Positions 1 through 10,379 are shown, counted from the stretch's first letter. The stretch: 64,000 nucleotides of DNA from an uncultured Candidatus Saccharibacteria bacterium (GCA_964364265.1 CAYILA010000003.1:19959-83958); one strand, 5' to 3'. Translations and numbers: made by a program. The notes: generated from the sequence alone by a model not told the origin.

Positions 1-102
1 ACCCGATTTGTATTCGACCGCTTCTCTTTGTTTCTTGTTAAGGTCTTCGAGTATATTTTTGTCGTTATTTTCAAAGTCGATTTTAAGCTGCATGGAGCCC
101 AT
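1..102 (-). CDS. UvrD/PcrA-like helicase, N-terminal fragment running off the window's left edge
   Basis: Reverse translation gives M(G S M)QLKIDFENNDKNILEDLNKKQREAVEYKSG, which matches the helicase-family N-terminus pattern LN.eQ.eAV...GP. Only about 30 aa are visible. Confidence 0.4.
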   Translation of the reverse strand, partial: MGSMQLKIDFENNDKNILEDLNKKQREAVEYKSG

Positions 103-263
103 TATAACATAACCAATACAAAAACGAGCACAAAAAAGCTCTTTGGAGGTCCCCCATTCTTGCGAATGAGGGATGCTTCAAAGAGCTTTGACGGCTTAGA
201 CACCGAGGTATCTAATTAGTCAACGCACATATACTAGCATATTTGGGGAAAATAGTCAATCCT

Positions 264-707
264 CTACTTTTTCAGCTTCTCTGCCTCCGTCTGAAACTTT
301 TTAGCAGATCCGAAACCTTTGTAAACAGATAAAAATCTAAGATAGGCGACTTCGTCGACGCTTTTTAATTTATCCAAAACCATATTACCTATTTGGCGGG
401 ATGGAATCTTTTTTATATTTGAGACCAAAAGCATGCCCTCAATTTCATCAACGAAGTTCTCAATCTGTTCTTTAGAAAACGGTCTTTTTTCAAAGGCGCG
501 ATGCATGCCGCGGGAAAGTTTTTCTTTTTCGTAATCTTGAATCGAGCCGTCTCTTTTAATCACATGAAGTTTGACCGGCTCTATTTTTTCATATGTGGTA
601 AAACGATAATGACATTTGATGCACTCTCTTCTGCGTCTGACAAAACTATCCTCGTCTCGCGAGTCAATGACCTTGGTATCGGATTTTTTACAGGCAGGAC
701 AAAACAT
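264..707 (-). CDS. nrdR: Transcriptional repressor NrdR
   Basis: N-terminal zinc ribbon (CPAC...C..C) followed by an ATP-cone. MFCPACKKSDTKVIDSRDEDSFVRRRRECIKC is the NrdR signature. Confidence 0.85.
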   Translation of the reverse strand: MFCPACKKSDTKVIDSRDEDSFVRRRRECIKCHYRFTTYEKIEPVKLHVIKRDGSIQDYEKEKLSRGMHRAFEKRPFSKEQIENFVDEIEGMLLVSNIKKIPSRQIGNMVLDKLKSVDEVAYLRFLSVYKGFGSAKKFQTEAEKLKK

Positions 708-826
708 ATGAGTTAATATGATATAAGTTACAAGTTATAAGTATAATAGCACAAAAAAAGAGAGGAATCTGCTATTATTCCACTCTTGCGCCTTTTATCT
801 TCTTTCTTATATCCTCTATCTTGTAA

Positions 827-1987
827 TTATTTCAATTTGCGTCGTATGAAAGCCGGAACCTCGAGCTCTTCCTCGTCGTCGTTTTCTTCCGGTTCAGCCG
901 GTTTTTGCGGCTCCGGAGTGGCCGAAGATCCGAACAAAGGTCGTTCGGTTCTTCTGATTATCTGCGAGCTTGGAATATCAGAGATTGGCGTTTCGCTTTG
1001 AGCTAGATTTTTCTTTGGATATTTAACCTGTTCCGATTCAAAACCGGTGGCTATGACAGTAATTTTTACTTCGCCTTGCATTGCTTCATCAATAATGGCG
1101 CCGAATATGATATTGGCGTCGGTATCGGCCGCTTCGGTGATTGCTTTGGCCGCTTCATCAATCTCATACATACCGAGATCGGGACCGCCGGTGATATTAA
1201 ATAATATACCCTTGGCGCCGTCGATTGAAAGCTCAAGAAGCGGCGAATCGATTGCGGCTCGCGCTGCTTCAATCGCTCGATTGTCGCCGGTTCCGTGGCC
1301 GATTCCCATCAAAGCCGAACCGGCATCGGACATAATCGCCTTAACATCAGCAAAGTCAACATTGATAATGCCGTGATAGATAATTAAGTCGGCAATACCT
1401 TGAACGCCCTGTCGTAAAACGTCATCAACAACGCCGAACGCGTCAAAAAGCGATGTTTTCTTATCGATGACCTGCAATAAACGGTCATTTGGAATAGTGA
1501 TTAAGGTGTCAACCTTGTCTTTCATCTCCGCAATTCCAAGATCGGCGATTTTTCGGCGTCTCATACCTTCAAATGAAAAAGGTTTAGTAACGACACCGAC
1601 AGTCAAGGCGCCCAACTCTTTGGCTATTTCAGCCACAAAAGGAGCAGCACCGGTTCCGGTTCCACCGCCCATACCACAAGTAACAAAGACCATATCTGCG
1701 CCTTTGAGTGTTTCGTAGACCTCTTCTTTATTCTCTTCAATTGCTTTTCTGCCAACCTCCGGATCGGCGCCGGCGCCTAACCCGCGAGTTGTTTCTTTGC
1801 CGATTTGAATTTTTTGGGGGGCTTCGTTAAAGGCGAGAGCTTGAGCGTCGGTGTTGACGGCTATGAATTCAACTCCTCGAAGTTTGGATGTTATCATTCT
1901 AGTCACGGCCGAACAGCCGGAACCGCCGACTCCAACAACACGAATGACTGCAAAATTTTCTAGCTCAGAAGATCTTTTTTCTGCCAT
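827..1987 (-). CDS. ftsZ: Cell division GTPase FtsZ
   Basis: GGGTGTG tubulin signature, [12 protein letters not shown]-terminus, and an acidic C-terminal tail. Confidence 0.95.
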   Translation of the reverse strand: MAEKRSSELENFAVIRVVGVGGSGCSAVTRMITSKLRGVEFIAVNTDAQALAFNEAPQKIQIGKETTRGLGAGADPEVGRKAIEENKEEVYETLKGADMVFVTCGMGGGTGTGAAPFVAEIAKELGALTVGVVTKPFSFEGMRRRKIADLGIAEMKDKVDTLITIPNDRLLQVIDKKTSLFDAFGVVDDVLRQGVQGIADLIIYHGIINVDFADVKAIMSDAGSALMGIGHGTGDNRAIEAARAAIDSPLLELSIDGAKGILFNITGGPDLGMYEIDEAAKAITEAADTDANIIFGAIIDEAMQGEVKITVIATGFESEQVKYPKKNLAQSETPISDIPSSQIIRRTERPLFGSSATPEPQKPAEPEENDDEEELEVPAFIRRKLK

Positions 1988-2040
1988 CTCTTTCCTTAAT
2001 TATTAATCGACATTAAAAGGATTATAGTGGGATAAAATAT

Positions 2041-3273
2041 TTATGGCAAGAAGTGTCTAAAGAAGTTCCTGGTTTTGTCAATAAATCCACCCATTCCAGG
2101 TATATCAAAATCGAAGGAACTCCCTCCCTCGTTCTTATTTTTACCCCATAACATCAACCCTATGGCCGTAGCATATACTGGATCATCAAGCTTGTCAATA
2201 AGGCCGGAAATTTCTAATATCGGTCGACCAACTTGAGCTGGCAGATGCATGGTAGATTTGGTCAACTCAACCACGCCTTCGATTTTTGCCCCGCCTCCGG
2301 TCAGAACTACACCCGCCGGAAGAGCGCCGTCACGGTCTATTCGCGTCAATCTCTCCTTTACGATCATTAGTATTTCATTCAATCTCGCTTCGATAATCTC
2401 CGAAATATATTTGACATTAGCCGTACCCTCTTCGTTTTTATCGAGCTTTCTAAGGTCGATTTCTTCCTTCTCATCGATTTTATCAGGAATAGCGTAGCCG
2501 TATTTTAGCTTAATTAGGTCGGCAAGATCGATATTGGTTCGTAGTCCAATGGCGATATCGTTTGTGATATGGATTGAACCGATCGGAATGACTTCGGAAA
2601 TAATCATATCTCCTTCCTCGAATACCGAGTATGAAGTTGATCCGGCGCCGATATCGATCAGGACTACGCCGATATCCTGTTGTCGCTTCGAGAGGAGAAG
2701 CCCGGCTGTTGAAATTGGAGAATAAACCAGTCCGGAGATACTGACTCCGGCTTGGGTAACGGCCCTAGTTAAGCTTTTTAAAGCATTGGTTGACGTTGAA
2801 ATAACACTGGCAATGACCTCGAGGCGGATGCCGGTCATACCGACCGGATCCTTGATTTCTTCATGACCATCGATTATGAAGTATCTGGGAATGACATGAA
2901 GAATTTCCCGATTTGGTTGGCTCGGTGTCGTTTTAGTGGACTCGATTACTTTTTCGACATCAACCTCGCCTATTTCACCATCTGCCTTGGAAACAGCGAT
3001 TACTCCTTTGGTATCCTCTGATTGGATATGGGCCCCCGATATTCCGACAAAGGCGTTTGCAACTTTCATACCGGACATTTTTTCAGCTTCAACCAACGAG
3101 GCGGAGATTGCAGAAACGGTCTCCTCCACATCAACAATAACGCCCCTCCTGATGCCTTGATTTAAGCTCGAACCGAGTCCAATTATATCGGTGATGCCGT
3201 TTTCGAATTTACCGATACAGGTGATGACTTTCGTGGTGCCGATATCAATTCCGACCGACAAATTATTTCGCAT
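2041..3273 (-). CDS. ftsA: Cell division protein FtsA (actin-like ATPase)
   Basis: IDIGTTKV N-terminus, actin-fold motifs (LTGGGA), and position immediately upstream of ftsZ. Confidence 0.9.
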   Translation of the reverse strand: MRNNLSVGIDIGTTKVITCIGKFENGITDIIGLGSSLNQGIRRGVIVDVEETVSAISASLVEAEKMSGMKVANAFVGISGAHIQSEDTKGVIAVSKADGEIGEVDVEKVIESTKTTPSQPNREILHVIPRYFIIDGHEEIKDPVGMTGIRLEVIASVISTSTNALKSLTRAVTQAGVSISGLVYSPISTAGLLLSKRQQDIGVVLIDIGAGSTSYSVFEEGDMIISEVIPIGSIHITNDIAIGLRTNIDLADLIKLKYGYAIPDKIDEKEEIDLRKLDKNEEGTANVKYISEIIEARLNEILMIVKERLTRIDRDGALPAGVVLTGGGAKIEGVVELTKSTMHLPAQVGRPILEISGLIDKLDDPVYATAIGLMLWGKNKNEGGSSFDFDIPGMGGFIDKTRNFFRHFLP

Positions 3274-3380
3274 TAAAACCCTCCAAACATATCATCAAAA
3301 ACAAAATATGGCAGATTTTGCTTTATTTCAAACTCTCATTTACTCTATTTTATTACAGACAGGTATCTTTAAGCAAGTGT

Positions 3381-3776
3381 TTAGACAAATATTTGTTTTA
3401 TGTAGGGCAGAAAAACCAGTAACGCTACAACTACTGCAATAACGGCGCTGATTAGAACGGCGCCGGCCATAGCGTCCTTAACCCTGGCGATAATATGGTG
3501 GTCTTCGGGGTGGCAGACATCGCAGACCTTTTCGATTGCCGTGTTGATAATTTCAATTGCGAAAACTAAAACGACGGCGATGAATAGAACGGCGGCCTCT
3601 ATTCGGGTAACCCCTAAAACATAAGCGAAGATGCCGACCAAAACCGTGGCAACCGCGTGAATTCTGGCATTTTTCTCTGAAATTAACAGAAAAATAACCC
3701 CCCTAAACGCATAATGAAAGCTTTTAAACATTTTTCGGATTGTAAACTTATTATAATTCATATTTATAGTCCGCAA
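3381..3776 (-). CDS. Diacylglycerol/undecaprenol kinase family membrane protein (DgkA-like)
   Basis: Small 3-TM protein with a FKSFHYAFRGV N-terminal amphipathic helix and the E..A.D conserved core. The true start is possibly the internal MFKSF. Confidence 0.65.
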   Translation of the reverse strand: MRTINMNYNKFTIRKMFKSFHYAFRGVIFLLISEKNARIHAVATVLVGIFAYVLGVTRIEAAVLFIAVVLVFAIEIINTAIEKVCDVCHPEDHHIIARVKDAMAGAVLISAVIAVVVALLVFLPYIKQIFV

Positions 3777-4159
3777 TTAATTAATTTAGCCGTCCTATCC
3801 CATTCTTGCTGATTCTGTTCATGATCGTAACCTAACAGATGCAATAGACCGTGTTTGATAACATCATCCAAATTTTCATCTTTTTCGTTAACGATTTTCA
3901 AAGAGATGATTATGCTTCCCAGCACATTATCAGGCGTCGAGATATCGTTCTCCGGAAAAGAAAGAACATCGGTAGGGGCGTCGATTCGGCGATATTTTTT
4001 ATTTAGAGCCGCTATATCTTTCTCTGTGACGAAACCGATTTCGACTATCCGGTCGGAATCTTTCGATAATTTTTCCACCGATTCGGACAAAAGTTGTCCA
4101 ATATGCTTTTTGTTCATTCCCCAATCATCGGGAAAATCAGCTAAAAATTCTAGTTTCAT
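3764..4159 (-). CDS. ybeY: rRNA maturation endoribonuclease YbeY
   Basis: HGLLHLLGYDHE zinc-binding H..H..G..H motif. Confidence 0.85.
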   Translation of the reverse strand: MKLEFLADFPDDWGMNKKHIGQLLSESVEKLSKDSDRIVEIGFVTEKDIAALNKKYRRIDAPTDVLSFPENDISTPDNVLGSIIISLKIVNEKDENLDDVIKHGLLHLLGYDHEQNQQEWDRTAKLINCGL

Positions 4160-4160
4160 A

Positions 4161-4607
4161 CTAATTACCGGCTAAATATTCATTTACCAAGCGGGCGACC
4201 AATCCACCGTCGGCCCTACCCTTTACTTTACTCATCACTTCACCAATTGCCCGGCCGGTCTGTTCCTTTGTATAGCTTTTGACCGAAAGCGTTTCAGATA
4301 CAATCGTTCGGATTTCATCTTCGCCCATCTGTTCCGGAAGATATTTTGACAAGATTACGATTTCATCTTTCTCTTTCCCTGCCAAATCCTGCCGCCCGCC
4401 CTTTTCATACTCGATTGAAGCCTCACGACGCTGTTTGATCTCTTTAGTAATTACTGTTATGGCGTCTTGGTTGGTAAGTTCGGTTTTCTTTTCTATCGAG
4501 AGATTTTTTAATGCTGTTTTGAGTAAACGTAAAACAGAGACCGTAAGCTCATCTTTATTTTTATAGGCCTCAATGTAGTCAGAATCTATTTGTAAGATTA
4601 AAGACAT
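4161..4607 (-). CDS. GatB/YqeY domain protein
   Basis: YqeY-like helical protein (...KEIKQRREASIEYEKGGRQDLA...GLVARLV). Confidence 0.75.
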   Translation of the reverse strand: MSLILQIDSDYIEAYKNKDELTVSVLRLLKTALKNLSIEKKTELTNQDAITVITKEIKQRREASIEYEKGGRQDLAGKEKDEIVILSKYLPEQMGEDEIRTIVSETLSVKSYTKEQTGRAIGEVMSKVKGRADGGLVARLVNEYLAGN

Positions 4608-4614
4608 GGCGCTC

Positions 4615-4809
4615 CTAATATCCCCTTTTAGATTGTCTGATGGCGGATTTACGAATTGCCGACTTTCTGCGCTGAAGCCGGTTGGGTTCCTGTTCGTGGT
4701 AACGTTTAGTTTTTGCCACAGTTAAAACGCCGCTTTGCTGAACCTCGCGGTTAAAACGACGAAGCATGACATCAAATTTTTCCTCGCCCTTCTTCTTCAC
4801 TTCTATCAA
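4615..4809 (-). CDS. rpsU: 30S ribosomal protein S21
   Basis: Basic 64 aa protein with the ...RYHEQEPNRLQRRKS... S21 pattern. TTG start preceded by GGAAGGTGGTGA SD. Confidence 0.8.
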   Translation of the reverse strand: MIEVKKKGEEKFDVMLRRFNREVQQSGVLTVAKTKRYHEQEPNRLQRRKSAIRKSAIRQSKRGY

Positions 4810-5005
4810 TTAGAATCACCACCTTCCAGATACGCTTATTTGAACAAATACAACTATACCTAAAGATATCATATATGGCAATAGTCGTGCCTATTTGAAA
4901 GCTGTAATTCACGCCAGAATTTGATATCACGCCTACGCAGGCCATTTAACTGATTTGTACATGATAATATTACGTCTCACAATGAATAAATACTATTAAA
5001 AGCTA

Positions 5006-5034
5006 TTGACAGACGAGGATAAGTGTGCTAGTAT
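5006..5034 (+). promoter_or_regulatory. Sigma-70-type promoter: TTGACA, 17 bp spacer, TGcTAGTAT (extended -10)
   Basis: Perfect -35 TTGACA at 5006-5011 and TAGTAT at 5029-5034 with an upstream TG. Lies about 90 nt upstream of the 5128 ORF. Confidence 0.5.
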
Positions 5035-5127
5035 ACTCGTGTCGACCAGAAGTCGATTTTTTAATTAATAAGGATATTTGGATCAAGAGATTCTCCGAAA
5101 ATTCTAGCTCGAAGTCCAAATCAATAA

Positions 5128-5811
5128 ATGACTTTAGGTAATTGGAAGGTCAGGAGTTGGGAAATAGATTTTACTAAAATTGGTAAGGTCTTAAAAAATG
5201 TATCTTTATCAGTCATACTTTTCGCCATGTTGCCCACCTCGTTTGCCCCGATTTCCGGTGTGACTGAGGCCAACACTCAAAAAGGTACATTGCTCAATGT
5301 TAAGTTTGATAGGGCCAATCCGTTAAGTGTTGATACCAAAATTTCAACAATAACGCCGGGTGAATCAAAAATAGAAAAAAATGTTCGTTTAGCCGCTGAA
5401 GCCGAAGCCGCCGCCAGAAACACCGTTTCTCGAGGCACGAGAATTCATGTCGACCCGTCTAACTTTGATGAGATGTATCAAAGGGCCGGTGCGGCTTACG
5501 GTGTCTCCCCCGCTCTTCTGAAGGCCGTCCACATTGTTGAAACCGGAGCTTCCGGTTCGACAAGCAGGGCCAACCCTTCAGGCGCGACTGGTCCTATGCA
5601 GTTCTTGCCTAGTACCTTTAGAGCTTACGGTGTTGATGGTAATGGCGACGGTGTGAAAGACATTTGCAATGTCGAAGACGCTGTTTTCTCCGCCGCCCGA
5701 TACTTGAAGGCCTGTGGATATCCGAATGTCAAGTTAGCTTTGTATGGTTATAACCCATCTTCGCGTTATGTGAATAAGGTTGCCAACCTGGCCTACTCAT
5801 TCGGTATGTAA
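5128..5811 (+). CDS. Secreted lytic transglycosylase (SLT domain) protein
   Basis: Hydrophobic N-terminal segment. SLT-like core GATGPMQFLPSTFRAYGVDGNGDG...AARYL. Confidence 0.75.
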   Translation: MTLGNWKVRSWEIDFTKIGKVLKNVSLSVILFAMLPTSFAPISGVTEANTQKGTLLNVKFDRANPLSVDTKISTITPGESKIEKNVRLAAEAEAAARNTVSRGTRIHVDPSNFDEMYQRAGAAYGVSPALLKAVHIVETGASGSTSRANPSGATGPMQFLPSTFRAYGVDGNGDGVKDICNVEDAVFSAARYLKACGYPNVKLALYGYNPSSRYVNKVANLAYSFGM

Positions 5812-5828
5812 TATGGAAAAAAAGAAAA

Positions 5829-5861
5829 ACCGCCCAGCGATCACATCAAGGGCGGTTTTTT
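5829..5861 (+). terminator. Rho-independent terminator after the SLT gene
   Basis: CCGCCC...GGGCGG stem followed by TTTTTT. Confidence 0.6.
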
Positions 5862-5868
5862 CGTCGCA

Positions 5869-5912
5869 TCAAAAAGCACCGTGTAAGGGGGGTGAACACG
5901 GTGCTTTTTGTC
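5869..5912. terminator. Bidirectional hairpin terminator
   Basis: AAAAAGCACCGTG...CACGGTGCTTTTT. An 8-bp stem with A-run and T-run flanks on both sides. Confidence 0.5.
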
Positions 5913-6034
5913 TAACACACCCTAATACGCAACATTTAAGAAAAAGTTTTGCCGTTTTGACCTATCGTATTTTAATCAATAAAGACCAGAGGCATCAATT
6001 TTTGATGATTCTGGTCTTCCGCCGACACCGGATT

Positions 6035-6442
6035 TTAATGTCGGCGGGGATCCTCCATTCCTATCTTACAGATAAACTTTCGCCCGTTCGTGTGGACATG
6101 ATAGACCACATAACGAATCTCTTGGCACTCCAGAAATATAATTATTTCATGAAGGCCAAGACGATTGAGCAGTCCGTCCGGAATACTGTACGGCCCCTCA
6201 ATAACAGGAGCTTCATCCATATCCCAATCCCAAAGTGTTTTGACCTTGGCAGTCATTCTGGAGTTGTAGGCTGATATACCAGCATGACTTCCATCATTAT
6301 AAACTCTGGCTAGAACCATGGATGTGTCGCCGGCTTGGCTTATGATCCAGACCTCTTTCGGCGCTCTGAATGCTGGTTCGTTGCCTCTTCCCTTTGGCCG
6401 TCCCCGGGGACGGCCGGTTCTTGATGTCGCCAAAGCGATCAC
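6035..6442 (-). CDS. Hypothetical protein with tandem AT-hook-like N-terminus (GRPRGRPKGRG)
   Basis: ORF with no recognisable domain except RGRP AT-hook cores. Locally elevated GC. Stop codon sits inside a 9-bp GC hairpin. Confidence 0.45.
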   Translation of the reverse strand: MIALATSRTGRPRGRPKGRGNEPAFRAPKEVWIISQAGDTSMVLARVYNDGSHAGISAYNSRMTAKVKTLWDWDMDEAPVIEGPYSIPDGLLNRLGLHEIIIFLECQEIRYVVYHVHTNGRKFICKIGMEDPRRH

Positions 6443-6513
6443 CTGTCTTTCTATCGCACCGATGAGAATATTTGATAAATGGCTATTTTGTTTCGGATTG
6501 CGAAAACGACTTA

Positions 6514-7824
6514 TTACATCGATGTAAAGCCCTGGTTATCAGCTGTGTCCCAGGTAGCGAATTTAGCGTTAGTCCCCTCTTTTTCTTCGATTTCCATCAG
6601 CCGGTTATATTTTGCGGTACGCTCGGAGCGGCAAGGGGCACCTGATTTGATTACACCGCAACCGGTGGCGACAGCAAGGTCGGAGATGAAATCATCTTCA
6701 GTTTCACCTGAGCGGTGTGAAACGATGACTTTAAAACCGGATTGTTCAGCCAGTTTAATAGTTTCCAAAGTTTCCGATAAAGTTCCGATTTGATTTGGCT
6801 TGATCAGAATACCGGTTGTCGAATGTTGGGCGACACCTTTTGCCAAGAGTGTCTTATTTGTGGCATAAAGATCGTCGCCGATCAATTCAACCTTATGACC
6901 AATCCTTTGAGTTAGTTCCTGCCAGCCGGTCCAGTCGGTTTCGTCCATCGCGTCTTCAATAGAAATAATCGGATATTTTTCTGTCCAGCTCTCATAAAAC
7001 TCTACCATTTTTTGGGTCGTCAAAGTTCTGTTTTCTCGATGGAGAGTGTAAAGGTCCTCCTGATAGAAACGGCTGGCGGCCGGATCAAGCGCGATAAAAA
7101 CATTCTCGCCGGGATGGTAGTTGGCCTTTTTAATTGCCATCACTAAAAGTTCCATTGCTTGTTCGTTTGAGAATAAAGCCGGGGCGTAACCGCCCTCATC
7201 TCCGACTAAGGGTTGATAGCTTCTTTCTTCAAGAATTTTTCCCAGCGCGTGAAAAATCTCGGAGCCGACCCGGATTGCTTCCCGAAAGGTTGTAAACTTA
7301 ACAGGAACAATCATAAACTCCTGAAAATCAGTCGATCCGACAGCGTGTTTTCCGCCGTTTAGAATATTTAAAAATGGAATTGGTATAGTCCATGAGGTTG
7401 TCGGTTTTCCCATCAGCCGGGCTAAATATTTATAAAATGGCATTTTGGCGCTTTTTGATGCCGCTTTAGCCACTACAAGAGATACCGAGAGAATTGCATT
7501 TGCTCCCAGCTTGGATTTGTTTGGAGTTCCATCTAACGACAGCATTTTCTGATCAATCGCTAGGATGTTATCCACATCCATTCCCGCTACCGCTTGTTTG
7601 ATCGGACCGTTCACATTGGCAACTGCTTTCAATACTCCCCTACCGCCGTAACGATTCGGATCGCCGTCGCGAAGTTCTAGAGCTTCGTTTTCTCCAGTCG
7701 ATGCGCCGGAAGGCACAAAACTTAAGGAATGAGTATCGTCTTCCAAAACAATTTCACAGGAAACGGTTGGATTTCCGCGCGAATCGAGTATTTCTCGCGC
7801 CATTAAGTTTTGAATTTTTGACAT
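6514..7824 (-). CDS. eno: Enolase
   Basis: REILDSRGNPTV N-terminus and enolase signature SHRSGETED. Confidence 0.95.
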   Translation of the reverse strand: MSKIQNLMAREILDSRGNPTVSCEIVLEDDTHSLSFVPSGASTGENEALELRDGDPNRYGGRGVLKAVANVNGPIKQAVAGMDVDNILAIDQKMLSLDGTPNKSKLGANAILSVSLVVAKAASKSAKMPFYKYLARLMGKPTTSWTIPIPFLNILNGGKHAVGSTDFQEFMIVPVKFTTFREAIRVGSEIFHALGKILEERSYQPLVGDEGGYAPALFSNEQAMELLVMAIKKANYHPGENVFIALDPAASRFYQEDLYTLHRENRTLTTQKMVEFYESWTEKYPIISIEDAMDETDWTGWQELTQRIGHKVELIGDDLYATNKTLLAKGVAQHSTTGILIKPNQIGTLSETLETIKLAEQSGFKVIVSHRSGETEDDFISDLAVATGCGVIKSGAPCRSERTAKYNRLMEIEEKEGTNAKFATWDTADNQGFTSM

Positions 7825-7846
7825 ATTATCTCCTCATAATACCTAC

Positions 7847-9013
7847 TTACTCGATTGTTACGGTTGACTCGGGAGGAACCACCGCTATCCAAAACTGTCC
7901 GCGATTGAATTTGATTTCGCTGCCGGCAGAATCGTAAAATATCTCGCGATCGGTTTTAGAGTTTTTCTTCCAGGTGGCTTCGATCATGGTTCCGTTGTAA
8001 ATAATCTTAGCGGCACCGCTTCCGATCGTGGTCATTTCATAACCGGCTTCATTAATTCGAGTGATAGTCGCTTTTCTCTTTACGGTCATTACAATTATGT
8101 TTGTCGGATTAATTTGTGTTTTGGTAATTTGATCGACATGGGCTTTGTCGGCCAATGAGCGTTTGTAGGAATTCTTTGTTCTATCATAATCAAATACTGC
8201 CTTGTATTGATTGGTTGAAAAATTGATCGTTATCTTTTGAGATTGGGGCAAGGCAGTCTTTTGGCTGTCATCTATATCTTCGTTGAATTTGTAAACCGTA
8301 TAATTGTTGGCGGTGGAAAATTTCTTGTCGGAAGCGGTTTTGCGGAGCTTAACGGTCGATGTGAACATTGTATGCTCACTAGCTAAATTCTTTGTTCTTT
8401 CTCTCCAGTATGGACTTGGATTACTAAATTGATCCAGATCCAATACTTTTTCTTTTTGAATTTGATCAAGTGCATCAATGTTGCCACCGACATGAGCTAA
8501 ATAAGCATCATAACCGCGAGCCCAATCGACGAAGTAAGTTCTAGCAGATCGGATAGGACCGACTTTTTCTGCTTCAAAAGTACCAAAAATAGCCATGAAT
8601 CGGGTGATGCCGCCTTCGGCGATCGCTTCATAGATTATACTGGCTTTATCTAAGCCGGCTTGAGGACGGGCATCGGGATGGTTTTCAACTACGACAGCAA
8701 GAGGATGTCTTGCCGAGGATTCCTTGGTAGTCATAATTCCATCGAGGGGAGCTTGATAGATTAAATCATTCGTCTCTTCTGTCGTATTTGTATTTTCTGT
8801 CGGTGTGATATTATCCTTTGTTAAAAATCTTATTCCCAGATAGAATAAACTGATAATAATTAAACCGAGTACGATTAAAAAAACAAGCCGCTTTTTGGGG
8901 TTTGCAAAAAAATCCTTAATTCGTTCTTTAAGTTTTTTTCTAGGACCTTTATTATTGACTGTCACATTTTCATTATTTGATTCAGTAGCGGTCGTTGTCT
9001 CTTCTTCAGGCAT
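7847..9013 (-). CDS. Membrane-anchored DUF3048 (YerB-like) domain protein
   Basis: N-terminal TM helix. The block LAVVVENHPDARPQAGLDKASIIYEAIAEGGITRFMAIF is characteristic of DUF3048. Confidence 0.55.
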   Translation of the reverse strand: MPEEETTTATESNNENVTVNNKGPRKKLKERIKDFFANPKKRLVFLIVLGLIIISLFYLGIRFLTKDNITPTENTNTTEETNDLIYQAPLDGIMTTKESSARHPLAVVVENHPDARPQAGLDKASIIYEAIAEGGITRFMAIFGTFEAEKVGPIRSARTYFVDWARGYDAYLAHVGGNIDALDQIQKEKVLDLDQFSNPSPYWRERTKNLASEHTMFTSTVKLRKTASDKKFSTANNYTVYKFNEDIDDSQKTALPQSQKITINFSTNQYKAVFDYDRTKNSYKRSLADKAHVDQITKTQINPTNIIVMTVKRKATITRINEAGYEMTTIGSGAAKIIYNGTMIEATWKKNSKTDREIFYDSAGSEIKFNRGQFWIAVVPPESTVTIE

Positions 9014-9037
9014 TTCTCCTCCTATATTCGTATTAAA

Positions 9038-9961
9038 TTAATGCCAATCGGCAATAATTCCTTTTTTACCTTCTAATTTTTGAATATAATCAAACGCGGA
9101 GAGCGCCGCCTTGGCGCCTTCTCCGGCTGATATAACGACTTGCTTATACGGGGTTTGGGTGAGATCGCCGGCGGCAAATATCCCGGGAACAGAAGTTTGT
9201 TGGCGGTTATCGACTATTATCTGATTGGTTTGATCGATATTGACCAAACCCTCTGCTAATTTTCGGTCTACGACATATCCGACTTCGACCATTACTCCGC
9301 CGACCGGAATTTCTTTTCCATCTTTAAGTATAACAGAAGTTACGGTATTGTCTCCCTTAATTTCTAAAACTTCAGTGTTAAATATTATCTCAATGTTCGG
9401 ATTTGATTTCAATCGGTCGATAAGATGTTGTTCGCCGCGAAACTCGGCAGTGCGGTGGATTATGTAAACACGCGAGGCGTATTTTGAGAGCAGTAAGGCC
9501 GCATCCAGAGCGGAGCTGCCGCCTCCGATGACAGCCACATCCCTTCCTTTGTAAAACGGAGCGTCGCATGTGGCGCAATAAGATATTCCATGTCCTTTCA
9601 GCTTCTCCTCGCCAGGCACGGCAAGCTCTCTTGGTTTTTTACCGAACGCAAGTATTATCGATTTTGTATCGTATGACGCGGAAGCGGTTGAAACAATAAA
9701 TGTTCCGTTTTTGGGTTCAATTTTTTTAACTTCGGCATTTTCAATTTTAGCGCCGAATTTAGTCGCTTGCTCCCGAAATTTAGAGATTAAATCCAATCCA
9801 GAGATATTATCGAAACCGGGATAATTTTCAATATCATAGGTTTTTATAACCTGACCGCCAATATCGGCGCTGATTATTAAAGTTGAGAGCGATCTTCTGG
9901 ATGTGTAGATGGCGGCGGTCAAACCAGCCGGTCCGGCGCCGATTATGATTACATCTAGCAT
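9038..9961 (-). CDS. trxB: Thioredoxin-disulfide reductase
   Basis: GAGPAG FAD motif, CATC redox-active disulfide, second GGG.SA NADPH motif. Confidence 0.9.
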   Translation of the reverse strand: MLDVIIIGAGPAGLTAAIYTSRRSLSTLIISADIGGQVIKTYDIENYPGFDNISGLDLISKFREQATKFGAKIENAEVKKIEPKNGTFIVSTASASYDTKSIILAFGKKPRELAVPGEEKLKGHGISYCATCDAPFYKGRDVAVIGGGSSALDAALLLSKYASRVYIIHRTAEFRGEQHLIDRLKSNPNIEIIFNTEVLEIKGDNTVTSVILKDGKEIPVGGVMVEVGYVVDRKLAEGLVNIDQTNQIIVDNRQQTSVPGIFAAGDLTQTPYKQVVISAGEGAKAALSAFDYIQKLEGKKGIIADWH

Positions 9962-10117
9962 AAAATTCTACCTGATTAAGTTCAAACCGATCTCATCGTT
10001 CTTTGTTCTGTTGATCGTATGCAATTTTTCAAGAAATATCGCACAAGTTGCGGAAACAATCTCGTCTCCTTTATTGGGGCGCAATATGTATTTTTCTTTT
10101 GAGCAATTCATTAAAAA

Positions 10118-10378
10118 CTAAAAAACACTTTGAATTCGTGTCAATAAGAATTTTATCACAATAACAATGATATTGCCAATATGCATTGCTGCCGGCCAAG
10201 TTGCCGGCAAAAGCAAGATAAGCGTTGCGATAATAATCCAATGACCGCTTTTAAAAGTATGCCAGATTTGGATGACAAGAAATATAAGAAATAGTAGAGA
10301 GATAAGCGCTTGAGTCATCGGTGGTAGCGGCGATATGATTTTATCATAAAAAGAGAACACGACATCAAGATATGTCAT
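10118..10378 (-). CDS. Small hypothetical membrane protein (3 predicted TM)
   Basis: Hydrophobic 86 aa ORF that overlaps the upstream gene by 1-3 nt. Confidence 0.35.
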   Translation of the reverse strand: MTYLDVVFSFYDKIISPLPPMTQALISLLFLIFLVIQIWHTFKSGHWIIIATLILLLPATWPAAMHIGNIIVIVIKFLLTRIQSVF

Positions 10379-10379
10379 A

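Noticed and set aside
28-219. 63-aa plus-strand ORF at the window start
   Set aside because: No motif. Overlaps the region where a minus-strand helicase-like N-terminus with a plausible start is found.
1047-1376. 109-aa and other antisense ORFs inside ftsZ/ftsA (for example 1467..1718, 2249..2497, 2936..3160)
   Set aside because: Overlap strongly supported genes on the opposite strand and have no motifs. They are shadow frames.
5780-6274. 164-aa plus-strand ORF downstream of the SLT gene
   Set aside because: Runs through four terminator-like hairpins and antisense to the AT-hook ORF. The minus-strand ORF has the better stop and hairpin context.
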